In this document: piece by piece, positions 1-6,597 of the stretch
Layout: each line of letters opens with the position of its first letter
Numbering within the stretch: position 1 is the stretch's first letter
Source: a virus
Taxonomy: Duplodnaviria > Heunggongvirae > Uroviricota > Caudoviricetes
Reading direction: 5' to 3' (one strand)
IMG/VR virus record: IMGVR_UViG_2565956633_000002
Length of the DNA: 23,481 nt
Position numbers and translations under genes: made by a program
Notes under the pieces: generated by a model
The model's input: only the letters and a program-made list of their open reading frames with translations
The model's database searches: none
Told to the model about the DNA's origin: nothing

Positions 1-530
1 CATATCAGGAACTTGTTCGCACCTTCCCTAATGTAGTCGGCGCTTGCAACGTTGTTATATTCCGTTGCGAAGCAGCATAACAACGTCAGAACGTGCTCTG
101 TCGTTATTTCGCTCCAGTTGATGTTGAAAAATTCATCGCCTTTTTTGTCATGTTCGGAATCGAAGATGCTTTGGTGAAGGATGTATTTGCCGGATTCCTT
201 GCGCGGTAACTTGATCGCTTTCTGGCGTTCCAATTCCTTGTAAATCTGCATTGCTTCAATCAGTACCGGTCTGCCGTTCATGAAGGGATCACGCAACCTT
301 ACACGCTGGCCAACTCGACCGGTAATAAAGCTGTTTTCCTCTTCCACCAGCACGATAAAACCCTTTTCCTCTTTTTCTCGCAATTCGCGCAGCAGCTGGA
401 GTTCCATATCGCGGCGGCGTTCAGGGTAGCTGGTCCGCTCAGCCATTATCAGCTCATTGTTGATCCATGCAGCAGTCATTGACGCCGGTTTGCCGACGCT
501 CATTGAAACAACGCATATTTTCTTATCCAT
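1..530 (-). CDS. hypothetical protein, N-terminal 177 codons only; ORF runs off the window start
   Basis: Reverse-strand ATG at 530-528, then an uninterrupted frame to position 1 (MDKKICVVSMSVGKPASMTAAW...REGANKFLI), checked codon by codon. It lies directly downstream of ref, where mat sits in P1, but I do not recognise the protein. Confidence 0.55.
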   Translation of the reverse strand, partial: MDKKICVVSMSVGKPASMTAAWINNELIMAERTSYPERRRDMELQLLRELREKEEKGFIVLVEEENSFITGRVGQRVRLRDPFMNGRPVLIEAMQIYKELERQKAIKLPRKESGKYILHQSIFDSEHDKKGDEFFNINWSEITTEHVLTLLCCFATEYNNVASADYIREGANKFLI

Positions 531-718
531 AGCGCCCCTACAAAAAAGAAAAGCCACCAGCGGCGGCTTAGCAATACAACTGAAGGTAGCGCCCGGTACT
601 CAGACTGTGCCGTCCATGGAATATTTGAAAAGGGATCCATCCGTACCGGGCGTGTGATGATTCTGACTCAAGTCACTTGTCAGTTGTCAATCATTTAAGA
701 TTAAAAATAATATATTTA

Positions 719-1279
719 TTAGTGCATGATGTTTGCCATTTCATAGGCGTCAGCCAGCAACTCCATCTCTGACTTGTTCAACAAGGTGAATTCTTTCTTG
801 CCTCCTACCACGCCATCGGCATGAACAGGGACCAGCCAGGGGTATTTTTCTCTTACTTCAGCCGGTGCTGCATGCTGGTGGTGCCATCTGCAAAGGGGCA
901 ATTGCTTTTTGTGACAACCCGGCGCGGTACGACCGGAGATATGGTGCAGAGACACCTCTTCAGATATTACTCCATGCATGTAGCAGGCAATGCAGGGGAG
1001 AGTGCCAAGAGCATTGGCGATGGTCCGTTCCTCCGCCGTCGGTGTTCGCCCCTTCAAGCCACGAGATTTTATTTTTACCGCACTTTTCCGCGTTTTGCTG
1101 GCTGGTGGGCGCTCTTTCTGTTTAGCGATACGGCGGTCGATAGAATCCCGCATTTTCTGATATTGCGATTCTCGCCAGGCGGGGTCAGCCAACTTTTCCC
1201 GTTGCCGAGCGATCGCTCGTTCTCTGGCTGCCTTCTGCCACTCGCGGCGCTGTTCAAGTTTTTGTTCGATTGTTTTCAT
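719..1279 (-). CDS. ref: Ref, recombination enhancement function (HNH-family endonuclease), 186 aa
   Basis: Translation MKTIEQKLEQRREWQKAARERAIARQREKLADPAWRESQ...CYMHGVISEEVSLHH...CRWHH...EMANIMH matches P1 Ref as I remember it, with a basic N-terminal tail and an HNH Cys/His core. The 212-codon ORF in the track begins at a TTG; the first ATG (1279-1277) gives the 186-aa product. Confidence 0.85.
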   Translation of the reverse strand: MKTIEQKLEQRREWQKAARERAIARQREKLADPAWRESQYQKMRDSIDRRIAKQKERPPASKTRKSAVKIKSRGLKGRTPTAEERTIANALGTLPCIACYMHGVISEEVSLHHISGRTAPGCHKKQLPLCRWHHQHAAPAEVREKYPWLVPVHADGVVGGKKEFTLLNKSEMELLADAYEMANIMH

Positions 1280-1284
1280 ATGGC

Positions 1285-1310
1285 AAAAAAAAGGCGGCCT
1301 AATGGCCGCC
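1285..1310 (-). terminator. intrinsic terminator-like hairpin plus U8 in the ref leader, directly abutting the ref ATG
   Basis: Minus-strand RNA reads GGCGGCC-AUUA-GGCCGCC followed by UUUUUUUU, then GCCAU and the AUG. It is a 7-bp GC stem with a 4-nt loop, and there is no Shine-Dalgarno between the U-run and the start. Confidence 0.55.
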
Positions 1311-1364
1311 AATGATGTCAAGGAGTGAAGTAATGGCAACGTCTTCGTAGTTGACAAAAACTGC

Positions 1365-1394
1365 GGCTAAATTATAGCAATCAATTAGAGCAAT
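1365..1394 (-). promoter_or_regulatory. two overlapping C1 repressor operators upstream of ref (Op2-like), overlapping a TATAAT box
   Basis: Minus strand reads ATTGCTCTAATTGATTGCTATAATTTAG. This matches the asymmetric P1 C1 operator consensus ATTGCTCTAATAAATTT twice, both imperfectly. Confidence 0.6.
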
Positions 1395-1500
1395 GGTAGA
1401 TATTTTGTTTCTCGCGAATCACATTTTTTCACTTCAGTACCTGTGTGCTATACTCCTTCTTGATTGATTGGATGCGGAATACAAACCCGCTCTTTTGTGC

Positions 1501-1528
1501 AGCCTGGCTCCTTGCCAGGCTTTTTTTT
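1501..1528 (+). terminator. rho-independent terminator, plus strand
   Basis: AGCCTGGC-TCCTT-GCCAGGCT is a perfect 8-bp stem with a 5-nt loop, followed by T8 (1521-1528). No plus-strand gene lies upstream, so it probably ends a short plus-strand RNA. Confidence 0.6.
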
Positions 1529-1838
1529 ATTTCATCATGGAAGCTGTTAACGCTTTGGACCTTGCTGAACTGATTGAAAGGGCATTGTTTACCTTACCCA
1601 GGAGTTCGCCAAATTCCCCCATCACTCTAGTAAGCCCGCGCCGCGCTTCCTCCTCCGTTGCATTCATCACAAAATGTTCAGCACTCCGCATGCTTTTAAC
1701 GGGGAACGCAACAGATATCGAGTCGATATCAGGCATCCTATCGCTCAACTTTACGGTGACAATGACAGATGGCGACAGAATATTAGTGCTTACAGACAGC
1801 ACTACATATTTTCCGTCGATGTTGAAATCCTTTCTCAT
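1527..1838 (-). CDS. hypothetical protein, 103 aa, between cre and ref
   Basis: ORF with ATG at 1838 and a C1-type operator just upstream. Product MRKDFNIDGKYVVLSV... is not recognised. The Shine-Dalgarno spacing is short (GGTGG, 3 nt, ATG). Confidence 0.45.
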   Translation of the reverse strand: MRKDFNIDGKYVVLSVSTNILSPSVIVTVKLSDRMPDIDSISVAFPVKSMRSAEHFVMNATEEEARRGLTRVMGEFGELLGKVNNALSISSARSKALTASMMK

Positions 1839-1854
1839 ATGCCACCATAAATAT

Positions 1855-1871
1855 CAAAGAATTAGAGCAAT
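1855..1871 (-). promoter_or_regulatory. C1 operator
   Basis: Minus strand reads ATTGCTCTAATTCTTTG (13/17 to consensus). It lies between the cre stop and the 103-codon ORF. Confidence 0.55.
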
Positions 1872-1888
1872 CATTTACGCGTTAATGG

Positions 1889-2920
1889 CTAATTGCCATC
1901 TTCCAGCAGGCGCACCATTGCCCCTGTTTCACTATCCAGGTTACGGATATAGTTCATGACAATATTTACGTTGGTCCAGCCACCAGCTTGCATGATCTCC
2001 GGTATTGAAACTCCGGCACGGGCCATATCTCGCGCGGCTCCGACACGGGCACTGTGTCCAGACCAGGCCAGGTACCTCTGTCCAGAGTCATCCTTAGCCC
2101 CGTAAATCAATCGGTGAGTTGCTTCAAAAATCCCTTCTAGGGCGCGAGTTGATAGCTGGCTGGTGGGTGATGGCGAGGCAACACCATTTTTTCTGACCCG
2201 GCAAAACAGGTAGTTATTCGGATCATCAGCCACACCAGAGACAGAAATCCATCGCTCGACCAGTTTAGTTACCCCCAGGCTAAGTGCCTTCTCTACACCT
2301 GCGGTGCTAACCAGCGTTTTCGTTCTGCCAATATGGATTAACATTCTCCCACCGTCAGTACGTGAGATATCTTTAACCCTGATCCTGGCAATTTCGGCTA
2401 TACGTAACAGGGTGTTATAAGCAATCCCCAGAAATGCCAGATTACGTATATCCTGGCAGCGATCGCTATTTTCCATGAGTGAACGAACCTGGTCGAAATC
2501 AGTGCGTTCGAACGCTAGTGCCTGTTTTGCACGTTCACCGGCATCAACGTTTTCTTTTCGGATCCGCCGCATAACCAGTGAAACAGCATTGCTATCACTT
2601 GGTCGCGGCAGCCCGGACCGACGATGAAGCATGTTTAGCTGGCCCAAATGTTGCTGGATAGTTTTTACTGCCAGACCGCGCGCCTGAAGATATAGAAGAT
2701 AATCGCGAACATCTTCAGGTTCTGCGGGAAACCATTTCCGGTTATTCAACTTGCACCATGCCGCCCACGACCGGCAAACGGACAGAAGCATTTTCCAGGT
2801 ATGCTCAGAAAACGCCTGGCGATCCCTGAACATGTCCATCAGGTTCTTGCGAACCTCATCACTCGTTGCATCGACCGGTAATGCAGGCAAATTTTGGTGT
2901 ACGGTCAGTAAATTGGACAT
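1889..2920 (-). CDS. cre: Cre site-specific tyrosine recombinase, 343 aa
   Basis: Translation MSNLLTVHQNLPALPVDATSDEVRKNLMDMFRDRQAFSEHTWKMLLSVCRSWAAWCKLNNRKWFP...RLLEDGN is Cre. The DNA is near-identical to the P1 cre sequence I know from vectors. Differences I can see: ASPSPT where P1 has AAPSAT, and a C-terminal N where P1 has D. Confidence 0.97.
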   Translation of the reverse strand: MSNLLTVHQNLPALPVDATSDEVRKNLMDMFRDRQAFSEHTWKMLLSVCRSWAAWCKLNNRKWFPAEPEDVRDYLLYLQARGLAVKTIQQHLGQLNMLHRRSGLPRPSDSNAVSLVMRRIRKENVDAGERAKQALAFERTDFDQVRSLMENSDRCQDIRNLAFLGIAYNTLLRIAEIARIRVKDISRTDGGRMLIHIGRTKTLVSTAGVEKALSLGVTKLVERWISVSGVADDPNNYLFCRVRKNGVASPSPTSQLSTRALEGIFEATHRLIYGAKDDSGQRYLAWSGHSARVGAARDMARAGVSIPEIMQAGGWTNVNIVMNYIRNLDSETGAMVRLLEDGN

Positions 2921-2927
2921 TTAACAC

Positions 2928-3149
2928 TCAGATAATGGTTTTAAGTAAAGTGTACAGGATCGGCTCTGCCTTTACCTGTTTATGGTTCTCGTCATAGAAA
3001 CGCCAGCGACCGCGCGTGCGTTCTATTTTCTCTTCACCGCGCGATAATGACAGTTGGCAACTATCACGATCAAACCCTTTTGCCCGCCAGTAACCACGGT
3101 TTTTCTCAAGCTCAAGATGAGTGGACACTTTAGCAGCTGAATATCCCAT
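2928..3149 (-). CDS. hypothetical protein, 73 aa, immediately upstream of cre
   Basis: ATG at 3149 is preceded by GAGGTG then AAAA. The stop lies 8 bp before the cre ATG. Product MGYSAAKVSTHLELEKNRGYWRAKGF... is not recognised. Confidence 0.45.
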   Translation of the reverse strand: MGYSAAKVSTHLELEKNRGYWRAKGFDRDSCQLSLSRGEEKIERTRGRWRFYDENHKQVKAEPILYTLLKTII

Positions 3150-3246
3150 TTTTCACCTCTGATTGATTGGTGGTGCTAAGTGCGCTACGCGAAATCTGGA
3201 GTACTAACACTGCCAACATTTCGCAGATTTTACGTAGCGCAACCTT

Positions 3247-3319
3247 GATCAAATGATCAAGTGATCACTATTTGACCTGATAAGGTATTGAACTGTATGG
3301 ATTTACAGGTGAATTGATC
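3247..3319. promoter_or_regulatory. cluster of four Dam (GATC) sites in the cre upstream region
   Basis: GATC at 3247, 3255, 3263 and 3316, within the palindromes TTGATCAAATGATCAA and AGTGATCACT. From memory, the P1 cre promoter region is reported to be methylation-regulated. Confidence 0.4.
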
Positions 3320-3379
3320 ATGTTCAATAACCCTTAAGGGTCTGAAGAGGAGTTTACGTCCAGCTGCGCATAAAAATCA

Positions 3380-3396
3380 AGAATTATTAGAGCAAT
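3380..3396 (-). promoter_or_regulatory. C1 operator (Op99-like)
   Basis: Minus strand reads ATTGCTCTAATAATTC. Confidence 0.65.
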
Positions 3397-3462
3397 AAAT
3401 TTTGAGAGAAAAATCCCACTCCACCAGCCAAAAACTGGATTGTTTTTCATAGTTGTTTGACA

Positions 3463-3479
3463 ATTGCTCTAATAAATTA
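3463..3479 (+). promoter_or_regulatory. C1 operator (Op99-like), upstream of coi-c1
   Basis: ATTGCTCTAATAAATTA, 16/17 to consensus. Confidence 0.7.
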
Positions 3480-3717
3480 TAGTTTTGCCGCCGTTTCGTA
3501 ATACGACTTTGGATTCACTATTTAATGTGTCTTCAGCGTTGTAGAGCGGCTCAGAAGGAAATGAGCAAACAGGGAAACCTTATACAACGGCATTACAGCT
3601 ATGCATTGCTCATCTTACACACAGCGCAATGTTGTTAGATTACCCCAGCATGGATCATGGGTGAAACAGTAGGTCAGAGCTTCAGGCTCTGTGTTGTCAA
3701 TACAGTGAGGCATAATT

Positions 3718-3927
3718 ATGGCTTTCATTCCACCAACCATCGACGACGTTAGACATTGCTCTAACGCTTTATCTGTAGACCCCGCCGAAACCGACGCTGC
3801 CCGCGCCATTGCTGAACACTACTCAAAGATATCCAATCAGGAGTACCGCATCACCCAAGACGACCTGGATGATCTCACTGACACAATCGAATATCTCATG
3901 GCCACTAACCAGCCAGACTCACAATAA
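3718..3927 (+). CDS. coi: Coi, C1 inactivator, 69 aa
   Basis: 69-codon ORF directly upstream of c1 with Shine-Dalgarno GTGAGG. The size and position are those of P1 coi. Confidence 0.8.
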   Translation: MAFIPPTIDDVRHCSNALSVDPAETDAARAIAEHYSKISNQEYRITQDDLDDLTDTIEYLMATNQPDSQ

Positions 3928-3928
3928 A

Positions 3929-3945
3929 TGCACTAATAAATCTAT
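3929..3945 (+). promoter_or_regulatory. weak C1-operator-like site between coi and c1
   Basis: TGCACTAATAAATCTAT, with the core CTAATAAAT conserved. A near-copy occurs at 23058-23074. Confidence 0.3.
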
Positions 3946-4037
3946 TATTTTCGTTGGATCCTTCTATAATGGTGGCCAACAACTCCCAGTGTAATCCGCT
4001 GTGAGTTGTTGGCCATGTCAATTCTGGAGGAGGATCA

Positions 4038-4889
4038 ATGATAAATTATGTCTACGGCGAACAACTGTACCAGGAGTTCGTCAGCTTCAGGGATCTCTTT
4101 CTAAAAAAAGCTGTTGCACGCGCCCAACACGTTGATGCCGCCAGCGACGGTCGTCCTGTTCGCCCGGTTGTCGTTCTGCCGTTCAAAGAAACGGACAGCA
4201 TTCAGGCTGAAATTGATAAATGGACTTTAATGGCGCGGGAACTGGAACAGTACCCAGACCTCAATATCCCAAAGACTATTTTATATCCAGTGCCTAACAT
4301 CCTTCGCGGTGTGCGTAAGGTTACGACTTATCAGACAGAAGCTGTGAACAGCGTCAACATGACCGCTGGCCGCATTATTCATCTGATTGATAAGGACATT
4401 CGCATCCAGAAAAGCGCGGGGATCAATGAGCACAGTGCGAAATACATAGAGAACCTGGAAGCAACAAAAGAGCTAATGAAGCAGTACCCGGAGGATGAAA
4501 AATTCCGTATGCGTGTACACGGCTTTAGCGAAACAATGCTGCGCGTCCACTACATTTCCAGTAGCCCTAACTACAATGATGGTAAATCAGTTAGTTACCA
4601 TGTGCCGCTGTGTGGTGTGTTTATCTGCGATGAAACTCTCCGTGATGGAATCATCATCAACGGTGAATTCGAGAAAGCAAAATTTAGCCTTTATGACTCT
4701 ATAGAACCGATCATCTGCGACCGCTGGCCGCAGGCAAAAATATATCGCCTGGCAGATATTGAAAATGTAAAAAAACAAATTGCCATCACTCGCGAAGAGA
4801 AAAAGGTCAAATCAGCCGCATCAGTTACGCGCAGCCGTAACACTAAGAAGGGGCAGCCAGTAAACGACAACCCCGAAAGCGCGCAATAA
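4038..4889 (+). CDS. c1: C1 repressor of lysis (immC), 283 aa
   Basis: Translation MINYVYGEQLYQEFVSFRDLFLKKAVARAQHVDAASDGRPVRPVVVLPFKETDSIQAEIDKW... matches P1 C1 in sequence and length. Strong Shine-Dalgarno GGAGGAGG. Confidence 0.95.
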   Translation: MINYVYGEQLYQEFVSFRDLFLKKAVARAQHVDAASDGRPVRPVVVLPFKETDSIQAEIDKWTLMARELEQYPDLNIPKTILYPVPNILRGVRKVTTYQTEAVNSVNMTAGRIIHLIDKDIRIQKSAGINEHSAKYIENLEATKELMKQYPEDEKFRMRVHGFSETMLRVHYISSSPNYNDGKSVSYHVPLCGVFICDETLRDGIIINGEFEKAKFSLYDSIEPIICDRWPQAKIYRLADIENVKKQIAITREEKKVKSAASVTRSRNTKKGQPVNDNPESAQ

Positions 4890-4892
4890 ATT

Positions 4893-4914
4893 ATGCCCGG
4901 CATCAACCGGGCAT
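4893..4914. terminator. bidirectional terminator-like hairpin between the convergent c1 and ant genes
   Basis: ATGCCCGG-CATCAA-CCGGGCAT, an 8-bp stem with A/T-rich flanks on both sides. Confidence 0.45.
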
Positions 4915-4921
4915 TCTTCCA

Positions 4922-6040
4922 TTATTCAGCTGCCACCGGTTTTAACAAGCCAGCATCGAGCAGTTTACGCGTCAACCACTGCTGGCCTTTACCCGTTAAT
5001 TGAGGCGTCAACCGTATCTGGTAGCCATCTTCATCATCCAGCACCACTTCTTTCACCGTGAAATACCCCGCGTTGATGTACTGCTGGAACGGCACATTTT
5101 TACGTCCACCGGACGCTATCAGGATGCCGTTCTCCCGTAACCAGACAAACAGCGCGTTTTGCTTAAGTCCAACAACCTTTGCAAAATTCCCAATCAGGAT
5201 CCCTTTAGCTACTGATACCCGGTCGGCAAAATCGACTTTAGGAGCGGCGGCCACCAGCTGCTGATTTAGCTGGTGGGCTTTCTGTTCCAGAAGTTGCTTT
5301 TGTTCAGCCAGTTCGGCAGCCAGGCGTAGGGCTTCAGGAAGCGTCTGGGGGATTGCGATCGGTTGCTGTTCTTTTTGTCGGAAGTAGCTGTCTTCCAGTT
5401 TTTCAAAGAATGCCCATGCCTGATCGGTTTCGAGCATTTTAGCGTGGCGGGCTGCGCCGCGTTCTGTCCAGAGGGTGAGTGAGCGAACATTGCGAGCAAT
5501 TTTTACAGAGTAGTTTAAAGCTACTCTGTGCTTCAACTCGCGCAATGATTCTCCTTCAACTTTGAAAAAGTGCTTCCCTTCAACAAAGCGTACTTTGTTC
5601 TCATGATGATTTTGGCGAATACGGATTGTTTCTGTCCCATACCCTCTAGCAAGAGTCTCGGTTGTCACTACACGCACTCCCTGCCATTCCAGAACGGGAA
5701 TTTCATCAGACTGATTCTGAACAACCACCAGCTCCGATTCCTGAACTGAAGGTGCATGAATTTTTTCTGATTTAACGTTAGTTGCTTTCATTCTGTGTGC
5801 CTCCTTGCGTGCTTCGGCTGCGACGGTTGCGTAATTCAGATGACCCTGTTCGAGCAGGTATTCGCGAATATCAGACAGCAGGATACGGTGAACCGCGTTC
5901 TTGTCCTTTCTCCGGTAAAGTTGTTTAGTGATCATGAAGTAGTTGGCTATAACACTGGGAATATCCCTGGTGCTGATACAGGCAGTGTGCTGTTCAATTG
6001 CCTCGATCATCTCTTCACGGGTGACTAATGACGTTCTCAT
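4922..6040 (-). CDS. ant: antirepressor Ant1 (372 aa) with in-frame internal start for Ant2 (ATG at 5790, 289 aa); ORF6N/Bro-N-like and KilA-C-like regions
   Basis: 372-codon ORF translationally coupled to the upstream 73-codon ORF (ATGA overlap at 6037-6040). A perfect internal Shine-Dalgarno AAGGAGG sits 8 nt before Met84. The predicted 41 kDa and 32 kDa products fit P1 Ant1/Ant2. The C-terminal region looks like a KilA-C antirepressor domain. Confidence 0.7.
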   Translation of the reverse strand: MRTSLVTREEMIEAIEQHTACISTRDIPSVIANYFMITKQLYRRKDKNAVHRILLSDIREYLLEQGHLNYATVAAEARKEAHRMKATNVKSEKIHAPSVQESELVVVQNQSDEIPVLEWQGVRVVTTETLARGYGTETIRIRQNHHENKVRFVEGKHFFKVEGESLRELKHRVALNYSVKIARNVRSLTLWTERGAARHAKMLETDQAWAFFEKLEDSYFRQKEQQPIAIPQTLPEALRLAAELAEQKQLLEQKAHQLNQQLVAAAPKVDFADRVSVAKGILIGNFAKVVGLKQNALFVWLRENGILIASGGRKNVPFQQYINAGYFTVKEVVLDDEDGYQIRLTPQLTGKGQQWLTRKLLDAGLLKPVAAE

Positions 6041-6258
6041 AGCCCCTCCTGAACAGAAGCGTTAACAGGGAGGCACCAGTAACTGAGAGAATTGCGTGAA
6101 TCAGTGGAAAAACGGGCAGAGAAAATACATGGGGCGTCAGGAAGCTGAGAGCGGGCCTCATCTTCTGTTGGTGCAATAACGAAGTGATAGTGACGTTTTT
6201 GGCAGGAGTAAAAGCGCCAGATAAATTCAGGATGAGTTGGGGTAGGGATAGTAGCCAT
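6037..6258 (-). CDS. icd: Icd-like protein, 73 aa, translationally coupled to ant
   Basis: ATG at 6258 is preceded by Shine-Dalgarno AAGGAGG then a 7-nt spacer. Product is MATIPTPTHPEFIWRFYSCQKRHYHFVIAPTEDEARSQLP... The 73-aa size and the icd-ant coupling mirror P1 immI. I do not remember the P1 Icd sequence, so the identity is structural only. Confidence 0.55.
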   Translation of the reverse strand: MATIPTPTHPEFIWRFYSCQKRHYHFVIAPTEDEARSQLPDAPCIFSARFSTDSRNSLSYWCLPVNASVQEGL

Positions 6259-6423
6259 ATTGGCAGCCTCCTTAGACGTTGGTATGTAACCACCGCAGAA
6301 GAGACCAATCTTGCTGGCGGTGGACTGTACGGAGTTGGCCTTACTGGCGTCCAAGGTAACCAGCCTACCCGAAGGTAGCCCCATACAGCCCACCATTGTA
6401 GAGGTGTGCGTGTACGCCGATAC

Positions 6424-6447
6424 AAAAAAAAGACGCGAGCGGCGTCT
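6424..6447 (-). terminator. rho-independent terminator, minus strand
   Basis: Minus RNA reads AGACGC-CGCTC-GCGTCT followed by U8 (plus-strand A-run at 6424-6431). Confidence 0.55.
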
Positions 6448-6570
6448 GTATCGCCTTAGACTTAAGCGGGAGGCCAATCCCGGCACCCGTTTTAATGAGG
6501 TGCCTGATAAGCATAAACCGAAAATGCCTCAAGGCGCAAGAGGTCAGGTTCAATGTAACATCGGTAGCTA
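6448..6570 (-). ncRNA. candidate c4-like antisense regulatory RNA (boundaries approximate)
   Basis: This is the transcribed region between a C1-operator promoter and the terminator. It contains AUUGGCCUCC, which is complementary to the icd ribosome-binding site GGAGGCUGCCAAU, and a GUCUAAGG copy also present at that site. The arrangement follows the P1 c4-icd-ant paradigm. Confidence 0.3.
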
Positions 6571-6577
6571 AAAAACA

Positions 6578-6594
6578 CAATTTATTAGAGCAAA
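6578..6594 (-). promoter_or_regulatory. C1 operator (Op51-like) at the head of the immI-like module
   Basis: Minus strand reads TTTGCTCTAATAAATTG, 15/17 to consensus. Confidence 0.65.
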
Positions 6595-6597
6595 TGT

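Noticed and set aside
821-1315. Plus-strand ORFs of 164 and 86 codons
   Set aside because: They are antisense to ref, have no ribosome-binding site and produce unrecognisable products.
719-1357. 212-codon version of the ref ORF from the track
   Set aside because: The extended ORF starts at a TTG and its extra codons contain the leader hairpin and U-run. The first ATG (1279) gives the 186-aa Ref.
1468-1959. Plus-strand 163-codon ORF
   Set aside because: It has a TTG start, reads through a strong terminator, and is antisense to the 103-codon gene and the 3' end of cre.
6015-6486. 136- and 149-codon minus-strand ORFs across the immI leader
   Set aside because: Only the 3' 73 codons of the 149-codon frame are preceded by a Shine-Dalgarno (AAGGAGG). 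The upstream part is leader and candidate RNA sequence, and the 136-codon frame has no ribosome-binding site.
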